Shown one piece after another: positions 1 through 10,007 of a stretch of 64,000 nt of DNA. Origin of the DNA: Planctomycetota bacterium (GTDB lineage Bacteria > Planctomycetota > UBA8108 > SXIK01); the NCBI GenBank assembly GCA_965223265.1, contig OZ244999.1, positions 7,232,001 to 7,296,000 of the forward strand. Direction: 5' to 3'. How positions within the stretch are numbered: the first letter of the stretch is position 1; each line of letters begins with the position of its first letter. Under the pieces are notes generated by a model. That model was not told the origin of the DNA, searched no databases, and saw only the letters and a program-made list of their open reading frames with translations. The position numbers and the translations under genes were made by a program.

Positions 1-1611
1 TGGTAGCAGCCTGAAACCGACCACAGTGCCGATGCGAGCGCCCTGAACCGGCTCGCCGCGATCGTCGACGACGCGAACGAGCACTTCGGCGCCTGGCTCC
101 AGCTCGAAGTTGCGCGTGATGTCGTCATGACCCGAACGCTCCGTCTGGACCAGTACCAACACGTAATCCTCAGCCGTAGCCGTCAGCGAGATTGGTTCCG
201 TTTCACCTGGTCCAATGACCCCAGGCAAAAAGTACGTCCCACTGGCATCGGTCAGCGCCGTGTGACGAAACGAAGCTTTGACTTCCGCACCAGCGATCGG
301 CTCCCCCGTCTCCAAGTCGCGGACGACTCCCGTAAATACCGGTACACGCTGAAGGAGAATCCGGTGCGGTCCATTCGCAACTTGCGGCTGCAGCTCGACA
401 GGCTGGACGGACGACCACTCGCCTGTCGCGTGCGTACGGTAACGACCACTCTTGGCGGCGAGCTTGATTTCTGTTGCGTCGATACGATCGATGGTGAAAC
501 GCCCTTCTGCATCGGCAATAACGGAGATGTCAGTGCCGGGCACGTAGACCTCGGCACCACCGGCAGGCTGGTTCAGATCCGCAATCCAAACGCTCCCGAA
601 GAGCGACGTTGCAGCCGGTTCGTCCGACACCTTCACGGCGCCATCACTTGGTGGTAGCCCTGCGCTTCCCGGCAGCGGCTCGCTCGCAGCGGTGTCTTCA
701 CCGTCTTCGGGCGAGACGGCGGTCGCCTGGAATTCCTCTGAATCGTTTGCGGACTGCACGATGGCGACCGTGATCATGGCGATAGCCGCCACTGCAAGCG
801 TCGCAGCGACGACCGCGGTCTTGGTCTTGGCGAGTCCAACCGCGAGTGAGGTCAACACGCTCGAGGTCTCGGCTGCGGCGGTGGCCACCTTAGCGCCGGA
901 CGAACTCAGGGCGACGGCCGCACCACCGCTCGCCAGCGTCTTCTCGGCCGTAGCAAATACGGTCGAAGCGTCGAGCCGCGCAGGAGGCGCAAAGAGACTC
1001 GATGTCGCCGCCACGCCGCCGAGGATTGCAGTCGATTCCGCCAGACCGGCGCGGCGTAGCATCGGCTTCAGCTTGCGCAGCGCACGGCCGATTCTCGAGG
1101 AGATCGTCCCCTGCGGGACGTCCAGCGCTGTCGCGATCTCGGCGTACGTCAGGCCGTGAAAATAGTGGAGGAGAACCGGCAGCCGGTAGCGCTCGGAGAG
1201 CGTCGAGACGAGCGCTTCGACGCGCTCACGATCTTGGCGAACCGCAGCCTCCTGATCGGGTCGCGATTGCGAGTTCGGGAGTCCTTCGATTTGCATGTTG
1301 ACCTCCCTGTTGAAACGCCGCTGCCTTCGTTGCCTCAAGTTCTGCGCCTCGCGCACGGCGAGCCGATAGACGGTCGCCCGAGCGTCGTCGAGTCCCGTCT
1401 CGCTCGCTCCTCGGCGCGCCGCGGCGAGCAGACGACAGTAGGTCGCCTGAAGGGCGTCGGTGGCATCCTCCTCGCTCGCCAAGATGCGGCGGCAGAGGGT
1501 GTACACCAGATCCTTCGTGTGCTCGTAGAGGGGAAGAAAGGTGGCGTCTGTTGGCTCGCGGTAAAAAGCGTCGAGAAGTCGCTCGTTGGCGCGCTGATCC
1601 CGTGGGTCCAT
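1..1611 (-). CDS. ECF sigma-70 factor with C-terminal TM helix and extracytoplasmic carboxypeptidase-regulatory-like domains (3' end runs off the window)
   Basis: Absent from the ORF track because there is no stop in the window. Manual translation from ATG 1611 (RBS AAGGAG upstream): MDPRDQRANERLLDAF...LVYTLCRRILASEEDATDALQATY (region 2), then LSERYRLPVLLHYFHGLTYAEIATALDVPQGTISSRIGRA (region 4), an Ala-rich linker, a TM segment and GVVRDLETGEPIAGAEV-type repeats. Confidence 0.85.
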   Translation of the reverse strand, partial: MDPRDQRANERLLDAFYREPTDATFLPLYEHTKDLVYTLCRRILASEEDATDALQATYCRLLAAARRGASETGLDDARATVYRLAVREAQNLRQRRQRRFNREVNMQIEGLPNSQSRPDQEAAVRQDRERVEALVSTLSERYRLPVLLHYFHGLTYAEIATALDVPQGTISSRIGRALRKLKPMLRRAGLAESTAILGGVAATSSLFAPPARLDASTVFATAEKTLASGGAAVALSSSGAKVATAAAETSSVLTSLAVGLAKTKTAVVAATLAVAAIAMITVAIVQSANDSEEFQATAVSPEDGEDTAASEPLPGSAGLPPSDGAVKVSDEPAATSLFGSVWIADLNQPAGGAEVYVPGTDISVIADAEGRFTIDRIDATEIKLAAKSGRYRTHATGEWSSVQPVELQPQVANGPHRILLQRVPVFTGVVRDLETGEPIAGAEVKASFRHTALTDASGTYFLPGVIGPGETEPISLTATAEDYVLVLVQTERSGHDDITRNFELEPGAEVLVRVVDDRGEPVQGARIGTVVGFRLLP

Positions 1612-1838
1612 GACATACTCCTTGTCGGCAGAGTCCCCGATTTCGGATCTACCTGCAAATGAGTGCTGGGGCGGGGCATTGATTCAGTTTTTTGGGATTT
1701 TTAGATCGTTTCTGCACTTCGCGTTGCGCACAGCGCTCCGAGCCGCCGCAGGCGGCTGACTTCGTCGCGACGCTATTACACGGTGAGAGCTGACGAAAAG
1801 ACTTGTAACGTGCCTCGAGATCAACGAGGCTTGACGGC

Positions 1839-2162
1839 ATGAAACTCGCGCAAAGAGCCTGCGCTGCCGCGGTGGTCGCCGCCTTTGTGAGCGGCTGCAG
1901 CGTCGTCGACCACGCCACTCGGACAGCGGGCGCGGTCGTCAATGCTGGATGGCACGCCGCAGGCACCGCCGTTGACACCGGATTCTCCACGGCCGGAATC
2001 GCGACGCAGACAGGTGTCCATGTAGCAGGGCATGCCGTCGGTATCGCAACTGGGGCGGTGGGGCACACGGTCGCTGCGGTCGCGGACACTGCTCACGGCG
2101 CCGCCTCGGGAGCAAGTGCCGTCCTTCACGGCGCCGCGCACGCCGCGAGTCCGCACCCATAG
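1839..2162 (+). CDS. Small Ala/Gly/His-rich lipoprotein
   Basis: Signal peptide with lipobox-like VSG-C, followed by low-complexity amphipathic repeats; 107 aa. Confidence 0.7.
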   Translation: MKLAQRACAAAVVAAFVSGCSVVDHATRTAGAVVNAGWHAAGTAVDTGFSTAGIATQTGVHVAGHAVGIATGAVGHTVAAVADTAHGAASGASAVLHGAAHAASPHP

Positions 2163-2409
2163 CCTCGAGTTTGGCCATTTCGCGCCGGCCTGGCCGGACG
2201 AGTTTCGCGGGGATTCAGAGGCCTTTCGTACTTTTTGCTCCCCCGAGCAAATTTGTGAGTGTTCGAAAACTCTTGTCCGGAAAAGTAGCAGGCACACTCC
2301 TGTGTGCCGTCCGGACGTCCGAATCCGTGACCGTGACCGTGACCGTACAAGAGCGACGGCACACGGTGTGTGCCTGCTACCTTGGTGCACCGAATGGCCA
2401 AACTCGAGA
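2163..2409. mobile_element. MITE-like element with 16-bp perfect terminal inverted repeats, flanked by TAG direct repeats
   Basis: CTCGAGTTTGGCCATT (2164-2179) and AATGGCCAAACTCGAG (2393-2408); TAG at 2160-2162 and 2410-2412; internal hairpins. Confidence 0.55.
2285..2380. repeat. GTAG-type REP doublet (REPIN-like) with (CCGTGA)3 in the spacer
   Basis: GTAGCAGGCACACTCCTGTGTGCCGTC ... GACGGCACACGGTGTGTGCCTGCTAC; related copy at 42245-42311. Confidence 0.75.
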
Positions 2410-2412
2410 TAG

Positions 2413-2482
2413 CAGCCCGCCTGAAAAAGTGCTTCGAGCCAAAAAACTGGTCTCTCAGCCGAATGACTTTTCAGGCTGGCTG
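2413..2482 (-). mobile_element. Fold-back MITE family A, internally deleted 70-bp copy
   Basis: Reverse complement CAGCCAGCCTGAAAAGTCATTCGG...GACCAGTTTTTTGGCTCGAAGCACTTTTTCAGGCGGGCTG matches both ends of the copies at 18333 and 25880. Confidence 0.75.
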
Positions 2483-2767
2483 ACAACCGCGCGGACCGCG
2501 CGCTAGCGCCGCAGGTTCCCGCAGCCCTTTGTCAAGCGGGATTCCCGAACGAACCGTTCGGCTTCGCGAACACATGACTTTTTCGTGCCGCTTGATAGGA
2601 TGCGCACAGACATCGACGCAAGCGCGCTCGCAGGGTCCGTTCTCGGATGACCCGCCAGTCGCCGCAGCCGTTGAGGAGATTGGGAGATCTCGGCGGCTCG
2701 ATCTCAAGACGCGCGTCGGGGTCCGAGTCTCTCGGAAGTTGTCGAATCAAAGAAGTGAGATCTTCTC

Positions 2768-5700
2768 ATGAACTTTATCCATCTGCATGTCCATAGCCAC
2801 TACAGCTTGCTCGACGGCGCGGCCAACCACGTTGGCTTGGTGAAGGCAGCCAAGGAGCTAGGAATGCCCGCTCTGGCGCTGACCGACCACGGCAATCTCT
2901 TTGGCGCCATCAAGTTCATGAACGCGTGTAAGGCAGAGTCCATTCAACCGATCATCGGCATGGAAGCCTACATAGCGCCCGGCAGTCGCTTCGAAAAAAA
3001 GAAGAGTGCTAGTGGTGCATTCTTCCACCAACTGCTCTTCGCGCGCAACCTCGAAGGCTATTTCAACCTGATGAAACTGTCTTCGCTCGCCTATCTCGAA
3101 GGCTTCTACTACAAGCCGCGCATCGACAAAGAGATCCTGCGACAACACTCGAAAGGTCTGATCGGCACGAGCTCATGCCTCTCTGGTCAAATCAATCGGG
3201 CCGCGCTCACCGGCTCGGAGGAGGACGTGCGGCGCGAAATCGAGGAGTACGTCGACATCTTCGAACCTGGGTGTTTCTTCATGGAAATCCAGCGCCACGG
3301 CATCGTCGAGCAAGATCGAATCCTGGAGAGGATTCCAACTTTAGCGAAGGAGTACGGCCTGCCCCTCCTGCCAACCAACGACGTGCACTACCTCAGGCGA
3401 TCGGACGCTCGAGCTCAGGAAGTTCACCTCTGCATCAACACCGGCCAGACGCTCGACGCCACGGATCGCATGAGCTTCGACAGCGACCAATTCTATTTCC
3501 GCAGCGAGCCGGAGATGGAACGCTCCCTCGGCGACTTCAAGGATTCCTTCGAGAACACCCTCCAAGTCATGGAGATGTGCACGCTGCACGATGAACTTGT
3601 CGAGCACAAGTACTTCGACACCATGCACCTGCCGGCGTACGAAATCGACGACCCCGAGCACGCCCAGCTTTCTATCGACGAGTATTTTCACAAACTTTGC
3701 ATCGAAGGTTGTCGAGAGCGGTACTCAGACTTCGATGAAAACGACGAGTTAAAGCAGCGACTCGGGTATGAGATCGACATCATCACGCGCATGGGATATC
3801 CGAGCTACTTTCTGATCACATGGGATTTCATCAAGTACGCGCGCGACCACTCGATTCCGGTAGGGCCGGGACGCGGATCAGCGGCTGGCAGCCTGATCGC
3901 GTATGCGTTGAAGATCACGAACGTCGACCCTCTCAAATACGATCTGCTGTTCGAGAGATTCCTCAACCCCAACCGAGTCACCATGCCAGACATCGATATC
4001 GATTTCTGCATGGACGGTCGGGAACAAGTGATCGAATACGTCAAACGCAAGTACGGCGAAGATCACGTGTGCCAGATCATCACCTTCGGAACCATGGCCG
4101 CGCGCGCCGTCATCCGTGACGTTGGCCGCGCCCTGAGCGTGCCACTTAAGGAAGTCGACACGATCGCCAAGCGCATTCCCGCGGGACCTGGCGTCAAGCT
4201 TCAGAGCAGCATCGACGACGACAAGGAGCTGCAGGCACTGAGCGCCAACGACCCGAAGATTTCCGAGCTCTTCGATGTCGCGCTACGCCTCGAGGGACTC
4301 AACCGGCACTGCTCGACGCATGCAGCAGGTGTCGTCATCGGCGATGCACCGCTCATCGACACACTGCCTCTCTACAAAAACGGTGAAGACATCACCACGC
4401 AGTTCGCGATGGAAGACCTCGACGCCGTCGGCATGCTGAAGATGGATTTCCTCGGCCTGCGCACGCTCACGGTCATTGACAAAGCGAGACGTGTGATTCG
4501 AAAAACACGCGGTATCGACCTCGACGTGGACGCCATACCGCTCGACGACGCAGCAACCTTTGAACTCCTCTGCCAGGGCGACACGGCGGCTGTTTTCCAA
4601 CTCGAATCGTCAGGCATGCGTGATCTTCTCAGACGCATGAAGCCGGACAGGTTCGAAGACATCATTGCGATCCTGGCGCTCTATCGCCCTGGCCCGCTCG
4701 AGGGTGGCATGGTCGATCGCTACATCGAGCGCAAGCATGGCCGCGAACCGATGGAATTCGACCATCCGGTGCTCGAACCTATCCTCGCAGAAACCAACGG
4801 CGTGATTCTGTATCAAGAACAAGTCATGCGCATCGCCAACCATATGGCCGGATTCAACCTAGCCGAAGCCGACATGCTTCGCCGTGCCATGGGCAAGAAG
4901 AAGCCCGAGGTGATGAAGAAATACGAAGAAAAATTTGTGAGCGGCGCTAAAGAAAACAAGATCGACAAGAAAGTCGCTGAACATGTTTTCCATCTCATCG
5001 AGTTTTTCGCCGGCTACGGATTCAACAAGTCTCACTCGACCGCCTACGCCTTGATCACGTTTCAGACGGCGTATCTGAAGGCGAACTACCCCACCGAGTT
5101 CATGGCGGCGGTCATGAGCTGCGAAATGAACAATACGGACAAAGTCGTCGAGTATCTCGAAGAGTGCCGGAAGATGGAAATCGACGTCTCTCCACCAAGC
5201 ATCAATCACTCCGATGTCGAGTTCAGTGTTGAGGATCGCCGCATCTGGTACGGACTAGCGGCGATCAAAGGCGTCGGCGGCAAAGTCGTCGACACGATCA
5301 TTAGCGACCGAGAGGCCAGCGGTGAGTTCAGCTCAGTGTTCGATCTTTGCCGCCGTGTCGACAGCAAACAAGGTCTCAACAAGTCGACGATCGAGACCCT
5401 CGTTTCCTCTGGAGCACTCGACTGCTTCGGCAGAACCCGAGCGCAGACCGTCGAGGTCATCGACAGTGCCGTGTCGCTCGGCAATCAGGCGCGAAAAGAT
5501 CGTGAGTCCGGTCAGCTTGACCTCTTCGATTTGCTTCCGACTGACTCCAGCTCCGACAACGGGAACGGCGCAGCAGCGGACTCGGAGTTCACCTATCCCG
5601 ATGTTCCTGAATGGGATCAAAAGGAGAGGCTTGCTCGCGAAAAAAAGACCCTCGGCTTCTATCTCACTGGCCATCCACTCGACGAATGGCAGAGCATCGT

Positions 5701-6283
5701 TCGAAAGTATACGACGCACACGCTTCGCGATGTGGCAGAGCTTCCCGAGGGCCACGACGTCGTGATCGCCGTGCAAATCGCAAAAATCACCAAGAAGGTG
5801 TCGAAGCGTACGAACGAACCTTTCTGGATCGCTCTGGTCGAAGATCGCCAGGCGGCGCAGGAGATCTTCGTGACGCAGAAGGACCTCGAGGCTGCTGGTG
5901 ATGCACTCCACGTCGGCGCGCTCGTGCTTCTGTGTGCTAAAGTCAAGTATCGTGACACAACGCCGGGCTTGAGGCTCGGAAGGCTCATCTCCATCGAGCA
6001 AGCGCCATCGAAACTGACGCGCGATGTCGGGGTCGTCCTGCCGGTGGACGGCGAGGGTGATGCGGAGGACCTTTTATTTCGCATCAAGGAACAGCTACAA
6101 AACCACCACGGCAAGTGCCCCGTATTCCTGATCTTCACGAATCAAATCGGCGACCGCGCCGTTCTCCGTGTCGGCAGTGAGAACTACGTCAGTCCCGACG
6201 CGGACTTCCTTCGCTCCATGGACGAACTGTGCGGGCAGAAGAGAGTCCTCGTCAATCGCATGGGACAGTTCAGCCTGCAGTAG
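2768..6283 (+). CDS. dnaE: DNA polymerase III subunit alpha
   Basis: PHP domain HLHVHSHYSLLDG, GPGRGSAAGSL, PDIDIDF, YGFNKSHS and OB fold; 1171 aa with no intein-sized insert. Confidence 0.98.
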   Translation: MNFIHLHVHSHYSLLDGAANHVGLVKAAKELGMPALALTDHGNLFGAIKFMNACKAESIQPIIGMEAYIAPGSRFEKKKSASGAFFHQLLFARNLEGYFNLMKLSSLAYLEGFYYKPRIDKEILRQHSKGLIGTSSCLSGQINRAALTGSEEDVRREIEEYVDIFEPGCFFMEIQRHGIVEQDRILERIPTLAKEYGLPLLPTNDVHYLRRSDARAQEVHLCINTGQTLDATDRMSFDSDQFYFRSEPEMERSLGDFKDSFENTLQVMEMCTLHDELVEHKYFDTMHLPAYEIDDPEHAQLSIDEYFHKLCIEGCRERYSDFDENDELKQRLGYEIDIITRMGYPSYFLITWDFIKYARDHSIPVGPGRGSAAGSLIAYALKITNVDPLKYDLLFERFLNPNRVTMPDIDIDFCMDGREQVIEYVKRKYGEDHVCQIITFGTMAARAVIRDVGRALSVPLKEVDTIAKRIPAGPGVKLQSSIDDDKELQALSANDPKISELFDVALRLEGLNRHCSTHAAGVVIGDAPLIDTLPLYKNGEDITTQFAMEDLDAVGMLKMDFLGLRTLTVIDKARRVIRKTRGIDLDVDAIPLDDAATFELLCQGDTAAVFQLESSGMRDLLRRMKPDRFEDIIAILALYRPGPLEGGMVDRYIERKHGREPMEFDHPVLEPILAETNGVILYQEQVMRIANHMAGFNLAEADMLRRAMGKKKPEVMKKYEEKFVSGAKENKIDKKVAEHVFHLIEFFAGYGFNKSHSTAYALITFQTAYLKANYPTEFMAAVMSCEMNNTDKVVEYLEECRKMEIDVSPPSINHSDVEFSVEDRRIWYGLAAIKGVGGKVVDTIISDREASGEFSSVFDLCRRVDSKQGLNKSTIETLVSSGALDCFGRTRAQTVEVIDSAVSLGNQARKDRESGQLDLFDLLPTDSSSDNGNGAAADSEFTYPDVPEWDQKERLAREKKTLGFYLTGHPLDEWQSIVRKYTTHTLRDVAELPEGHDVVIAVQIAKITKKVSKRTNEPFWIALVEDRQAAQEIFVTQKDLEAAGDALHVGALVLLCAKVKYRDTTPGLRLGRLISIEQAPSKLTRDVGVVLPVDGEGDAEDLLFRIKEQLQNHHGKCPVFLIFTNQIGDRAVLRVGSENYVSPDADFLRSMDELCGQKRVLVNRMGQFSLQ

Positions 6284-6424
6284 GAGCTGACAGTCGGTAG
6301 AACCAACACGCGTCGTGAGGTACGATGTTGGTTGATGCAGCGGGCGCCGCTGAGGCCGTCCGTGCTCGTTGCGATTCTCAAGTCAGACGAGAAAGATTCC
6401 AGGCGACAGATCATCGCAGGGGAC

Positions 6425-7768
6425 ATGCTCCAGCATAGCCAACCGCGCCGACTTCGGAGCCAACCGCACTGTGCGGCATGGGTGGAGTTCGTTCGGCTGG
6501 GATTGGTCTGGCTCTGCGTGACGATGTCCGTCTTATCGGCGTCGGACGCCGCCAAAGTCGAGCGCGATATCAGGCTTCGCCTGCAGCCGACTAAGGTGTT
6601 TGCTGCAGCGCAGGCGGAGCTGACGCTCGTCACCGACCCACCACTGGCGCGGGGGTACACTGTCGAATGGAGTTCGCAGGCGGGTCGATTGCTATTCGAC
6701 GACGGGCCGGCGACCACATGGCGCGCGCCTGAGGCACCAGGGACCTATAGGATCGTCGCTCGTATCACCAGCGGCACGCAATCGTGGACTCACACCGATT
6801 CCGTCACAGTCCATCGACCAAGCACCGCGGGCATGATCTGGATTCCAGCGGGCGCTTTCGTCCAGGGTGACATTGTGGGTACTCTCAACGCCGCTGAGAC
6901 CAAGACCGTGCAAAACGCCGGCGACGAGCCGTATCATCGCGTCCACCTCAGCGGCTTCTGGATCGATCGCCACCCCGTCACCCACGCGCAGTACGCAGAG
7001 TTCCTGGCCTCAGCTCTCAATGAAGGACTCGTACGTATCGAAGACGTTGGGGTGTTCGGAAAACTCGATTCGAACTGGGTTCCGTTCTACTATTTCAAGA
7101 CGTACGAAACGTTGGTCAACCGCCAGCTCCGCGGCGTCAATCCACGCAAGCCAGAATTTCTTCACGCCATCAGTTGGAACGCAGAAGAGAAGCGTTTCGT
7201 GGTGGAGCAGAGCTTCGCCTCAGCGCCCATTGTCGACGTCAGCTGGTTCGGTGCAGAGGCTTACGCTCGCTACCATGGAAAACGCCTACCGAGTGAAGCG
7301 CAGTGGGAAAAGGCCGCAAGGGGAGACGACGGACGCAAGTATCCCTGGGGCGACAACGCACCGACGAGATACCACGCCAACGTCAACTTCGAGCACGGCT
7401 ACGAACCGTTGGCGGTGGCGACGTTCAGCCCTTATGGCGATAGCCCCTACGGCCTCACCGACGCGCTGGCGGGGCTCTCTGAGTGGGTCGCCGATTGGTA
7501 CAACCCGACCTACTATGACGACTATGCCAGCAGCCGCGAGCTCCGCGACCCAGCTGGACCGTTTTGGGGCAAAGCGCACACAATTCGCGGCGCGCCGTAC
7601 GCACTCTTCTACCCGGGGTTCACCCAAGAGGGCGCCGAAGCCGTGAGCTTTCGGTACAACTGGCACTTCGAGTTCTTCATGATCGATAGCTTCGCGAACA
7701 ACGCGACGACGTTCCGAACGGTTGTCGATCCGGCGACGCGTGAGTTGAAATTCGAGGATCCGTTCTGA
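6425..7768 (+). CDS. Secreted FGE-sulfatase (SUMF1/EgtB/PvdO-like) domain protein with N-terminal Ig/PKD-like domain
   Basis: MIWIPAGAF, FWIDRHPVT, VSWFGAEAYA, RLPSEAQWEKAARG, YPWG, SPYGL, EWVADWY. Start uncertain (ORF open from 6332). Confidence 0.85.
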   Translation: MLQHSQPRRLRSQPHCAAWVEFVRLGLVWLCVTMSVLSASDAAKVERDIRLRLQPTKVFAAAQAELTLVTDPPLARGYTVEWSSQAGRLLFDDGPATTWRAPEAPGTYRIVARITSGTQSWTHTDSVTVHRPSTAGMIWIPAGAFVQGDIVGTLNAAETKTVQNAGDEPYHRVHLSGFWIDRHPVTHAQYAEFLASALNEGLVRIEDVGVFGKLDSNWVPFYYFKTYETLVNRQLRGVNPRKPEFLHAISWNAEEKRFVVEQSFASAPIVDVSWFGAEAYARYHGKRLPSEAQWEKAARGDDGRKYPWGDNAPTRYHANVNFEHGYEPLAVATFSPYGDSPYGLTDALAGLSEWVADWYNPTYYDDYASSRELRDPAGPFWGKAHTIRGAPYALFYPGFTQEGAEAVSFRYNWHFEFFMIDSFANNATTFRTVVDPATRELKFEDPF

Positions 7769-7858
7769 GTCAGATCTGACTCGCTTCGTCACGCGAACGC
7801 CGAGAAAGCCGTCACCGTGCGGCGCATAGTCTCTGGTCGTGGACGCGCCCGGCGCAGT

Positions 7859-9721
7859 TCAAAAGACCAATTGGCCAGGGTCAGGATAGGGAGCCGCCAA
7901 CGTCTCCTCGCCGACGAAAAGCACGGTGAGAAGGTAGATCGCGTCGGCGATGTCTATCCGCCAGTCGACGTTGGTGTCTGCGGCAACAAACGGACGCGGA
8001 GGGTCGCCGCCGATGAAGAGAAAATTGAGCAAGTAGAGGGGGTCGGAAACGTCCACAGAGCCGTCTCCGTTGACCTCGCCACGTACGTAGATCGTTTGCT
8101 CCATGGTCAAAGGATCTGCGTTACCGATCGGCGCGCCGCTCGGGAGAAAACCGTCTACCGCGCCAAGAGTTTCGAGCTCTGGGCCGTAGTCAAGATCAGC
8201 GAAAGTTGGCTCAAACGCTTGCGTCGACGACGTCGGATCGTAGTGAACGAAAGCTGGGTCGTAGAGACCGCTGTCGAGAAAGTCAACGAGCGCGGTGACT
8301 TCGTCCTCGGTGAGTCCGAGCCCAACCTCCTCGGGTCCCCGAGGGTTGGTAAACTGCGACGAGAGGCTCGCCGCCGCCCCCGCCGCAGCGTCCGCCGGGA
8401 CACCCGCGTTGAAGTATTCGACGACGTCACGCAGCGTCTCGAGCTCCCCGCTATGCATGAATGGTCCCGAATTCCGCAGCTGCTTGACGGTGAGCGTCCG
8501 GAACTTGAAAGCGTCGGCCGCAAGACCGCTCACGCCTTCCCGACCGCGGTCTCGATGCGTTGGATCTTCGAGAACCTCGCGTGCGAGCTCGCGTAGGGGA
8601 TGATCACCGAGGCCCAGGTTGAAGAAGTTTTCTTCGACAAGCACGCCGCTTTCATCCCCGAGCTGCTTGTTCAGCGCAGGCCCGCTATGGCAAGAGATGC
8701 AGTCAGCTCCCCCTGAGGCTGCTGAGCTCGCAAAGAGATACGCTCCGTAGAGCTGGGATGGAGACAATGCGGCGTCATCGCCGGCAAGAAAACGATCCCA
8801 GGGAGTCTCCCGCGGCATGGCGGTGCGCATGAACGCCGCGATCGCGCGCTGAATAGTGTCGGCATTGATGAAATCATCGGCGTTGCCAGACACTTCAAAC
8901 GCCGCGAACTCGTCGGGAAAAGCCTCCGCAAACAGTCGGTGGTACACAGGGATGGCTTGCAAAGGTACGTGCTGCTCACGAAACATGCGATGGTTCTTCG
9001 ACGCTACTTGAACGACATGCTCGGCCGCGGGAAGGCCGTCGGGATTGATCTCTGGATCCGGTTCTCCCGCAAATCCATCAAGGAGAAGTCTGTTGTTGTA
9101 CGCCAGACCGACAACGGATGGAGACAGCCGCGGTACCGAATCAACCGCGTCGGCCGCGCCATCGAGAAGCGTTTCTCCGTTCTCTCCTTCTTTGACAATG
9201 CCGGTCGGAACAGAGTCGACGGCGCCCTCACGCTGGGAGCGGACGACTTCAAACTCACCGTCGATCGTCATCGTCAGACGCCCTTCACCGCCAACACCAA
9301 AATTGAACAACTGACCGGCTTTGGTGCCGGCGTGACTCAAATGGCATGACGAACACGAGGCGGTCTGCGCGAACTCAGTGACGCCACCGAGGGCAGGCTC
9401 GATGTCAGTGGAACGCACAGGCTCGTGAAACAAGAACTTGCCGAGTCGCACTTTCTCGGCAGTGATCACGTAGCGCGGGTCGAGCTCGCCTCCCGCCAGG
9501 GAGGGCTGCGGAAAAGCGGTGTCGTCAGCTGGCACCGTCAGTTGCGAGAGATCGCCGACGCGCTCAGCGAGCAGCGTCCTGAGCGCCGCAGCGTCGATGC
9601 CTGGCGGCGGCACAACTTGCGCCGAGAGTGCGGTCGTGCACAAGCAAAGTGCGAATCCACGGACAATTGATACAGAGAAAACCGCCCGCCGCTGACAACT
9701 ATGGCGCTTCGCCTCGACCAT
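7859..9721 (-). CDS. Di-haem cytochrome c peroxidase/MauG-family protein with C-terminal dockerin-like domain
   Basis: Signal peptide; two CxxCH motifs (CSSCH, CISCH); LGKFLFHEP; KFRTLTV..GPFMHSG; C-terminal RGEVNGDGSVDVSD...ADTNVDWRIDIAD. Confidence 0.88.
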   Translation of the reverse strand: MVEAKRHSCQRRAVFSVSIVRGFALCLCTTALSAQVVPPPGIDAAALRTLLAERVGDLSQLTVPADDTAFPQPSLAGGELDPRYVITAEKVRLGKFLFHEPVRSTDIEPALGGVTEFAQTASCSSCHLSHAGTKAGQLFNFGVGGEGRLTMTIDGEFEVVRSQREGAVDSVPTGIVKEGENGETLLDGAADAVDSVPRLSPSVVGLAYNNRLLLDGFAGEPDPEINPDGLPAAEHVVQVASKNHRMFREQHVPLQAIPVYHRLFAEAFPDEFAAFEVSGNADDFINADTIQRAIAAFMRTAMPRETPWDRFLAGDDAALSPSQLYGAYLFASSAASGGADCISCHSGPALNKQLGDESGVLVEENFFNLGLGDHPLRELAREVLEDPTHRDRGREGVSGLAADAFKFRTLTVKQLRNSGPFMHSGELETLRDVVEYFNAGVPADAAAGAAASLSSQFTNPRGPEEVGLGLTEDEVTALVDFLDSGLYDPAFVHYDPTSSTQAFEPTFADLDYGPELETLGAVDGFLPSGAPIGNADPLTMEQTIYVRGEVNGDGSVDVSDPLYLLNFLFIGGDPPRPFVAADTNVDWRIDIADAIYLLTVLFVGEETLAAPYPDPGQLVF

Positions 9722-10007
9722 TCGACGCGTCTCCTGAAAACCCTAACTCACGCACCGCGCCAAGCCGACACCGACACAGAAACAACTGTCGAGAGGTCAT
9801 GACGAATGCGTGCGGAACTATCCGATGTGGGAACGCTCCAGCGTCAAACACAGCCCCTCACGGGGATGCTAAGGTAGGGTTCCAGCCAGAGACGACTCCC
9901 TCGACCCGTGGGCCATCGTACCACGTCCGCCGGGCGAAAAAAGACCTACATACCAAAACCCCAACTGTTGCAGGGCCTGGCTCGGGCGGGCGGGGTGTCT
10001 CCTCCGC

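Noticed and set aside
2285-2482. Repeats as a CRISPR array
   Set aside because: Repeats are inverted and dispersed, not regularly spaced direct repeats; no cas genes.
2768-6283. Intein or split in dnaE
   Set aside because: Normal length, with continuous motifs.
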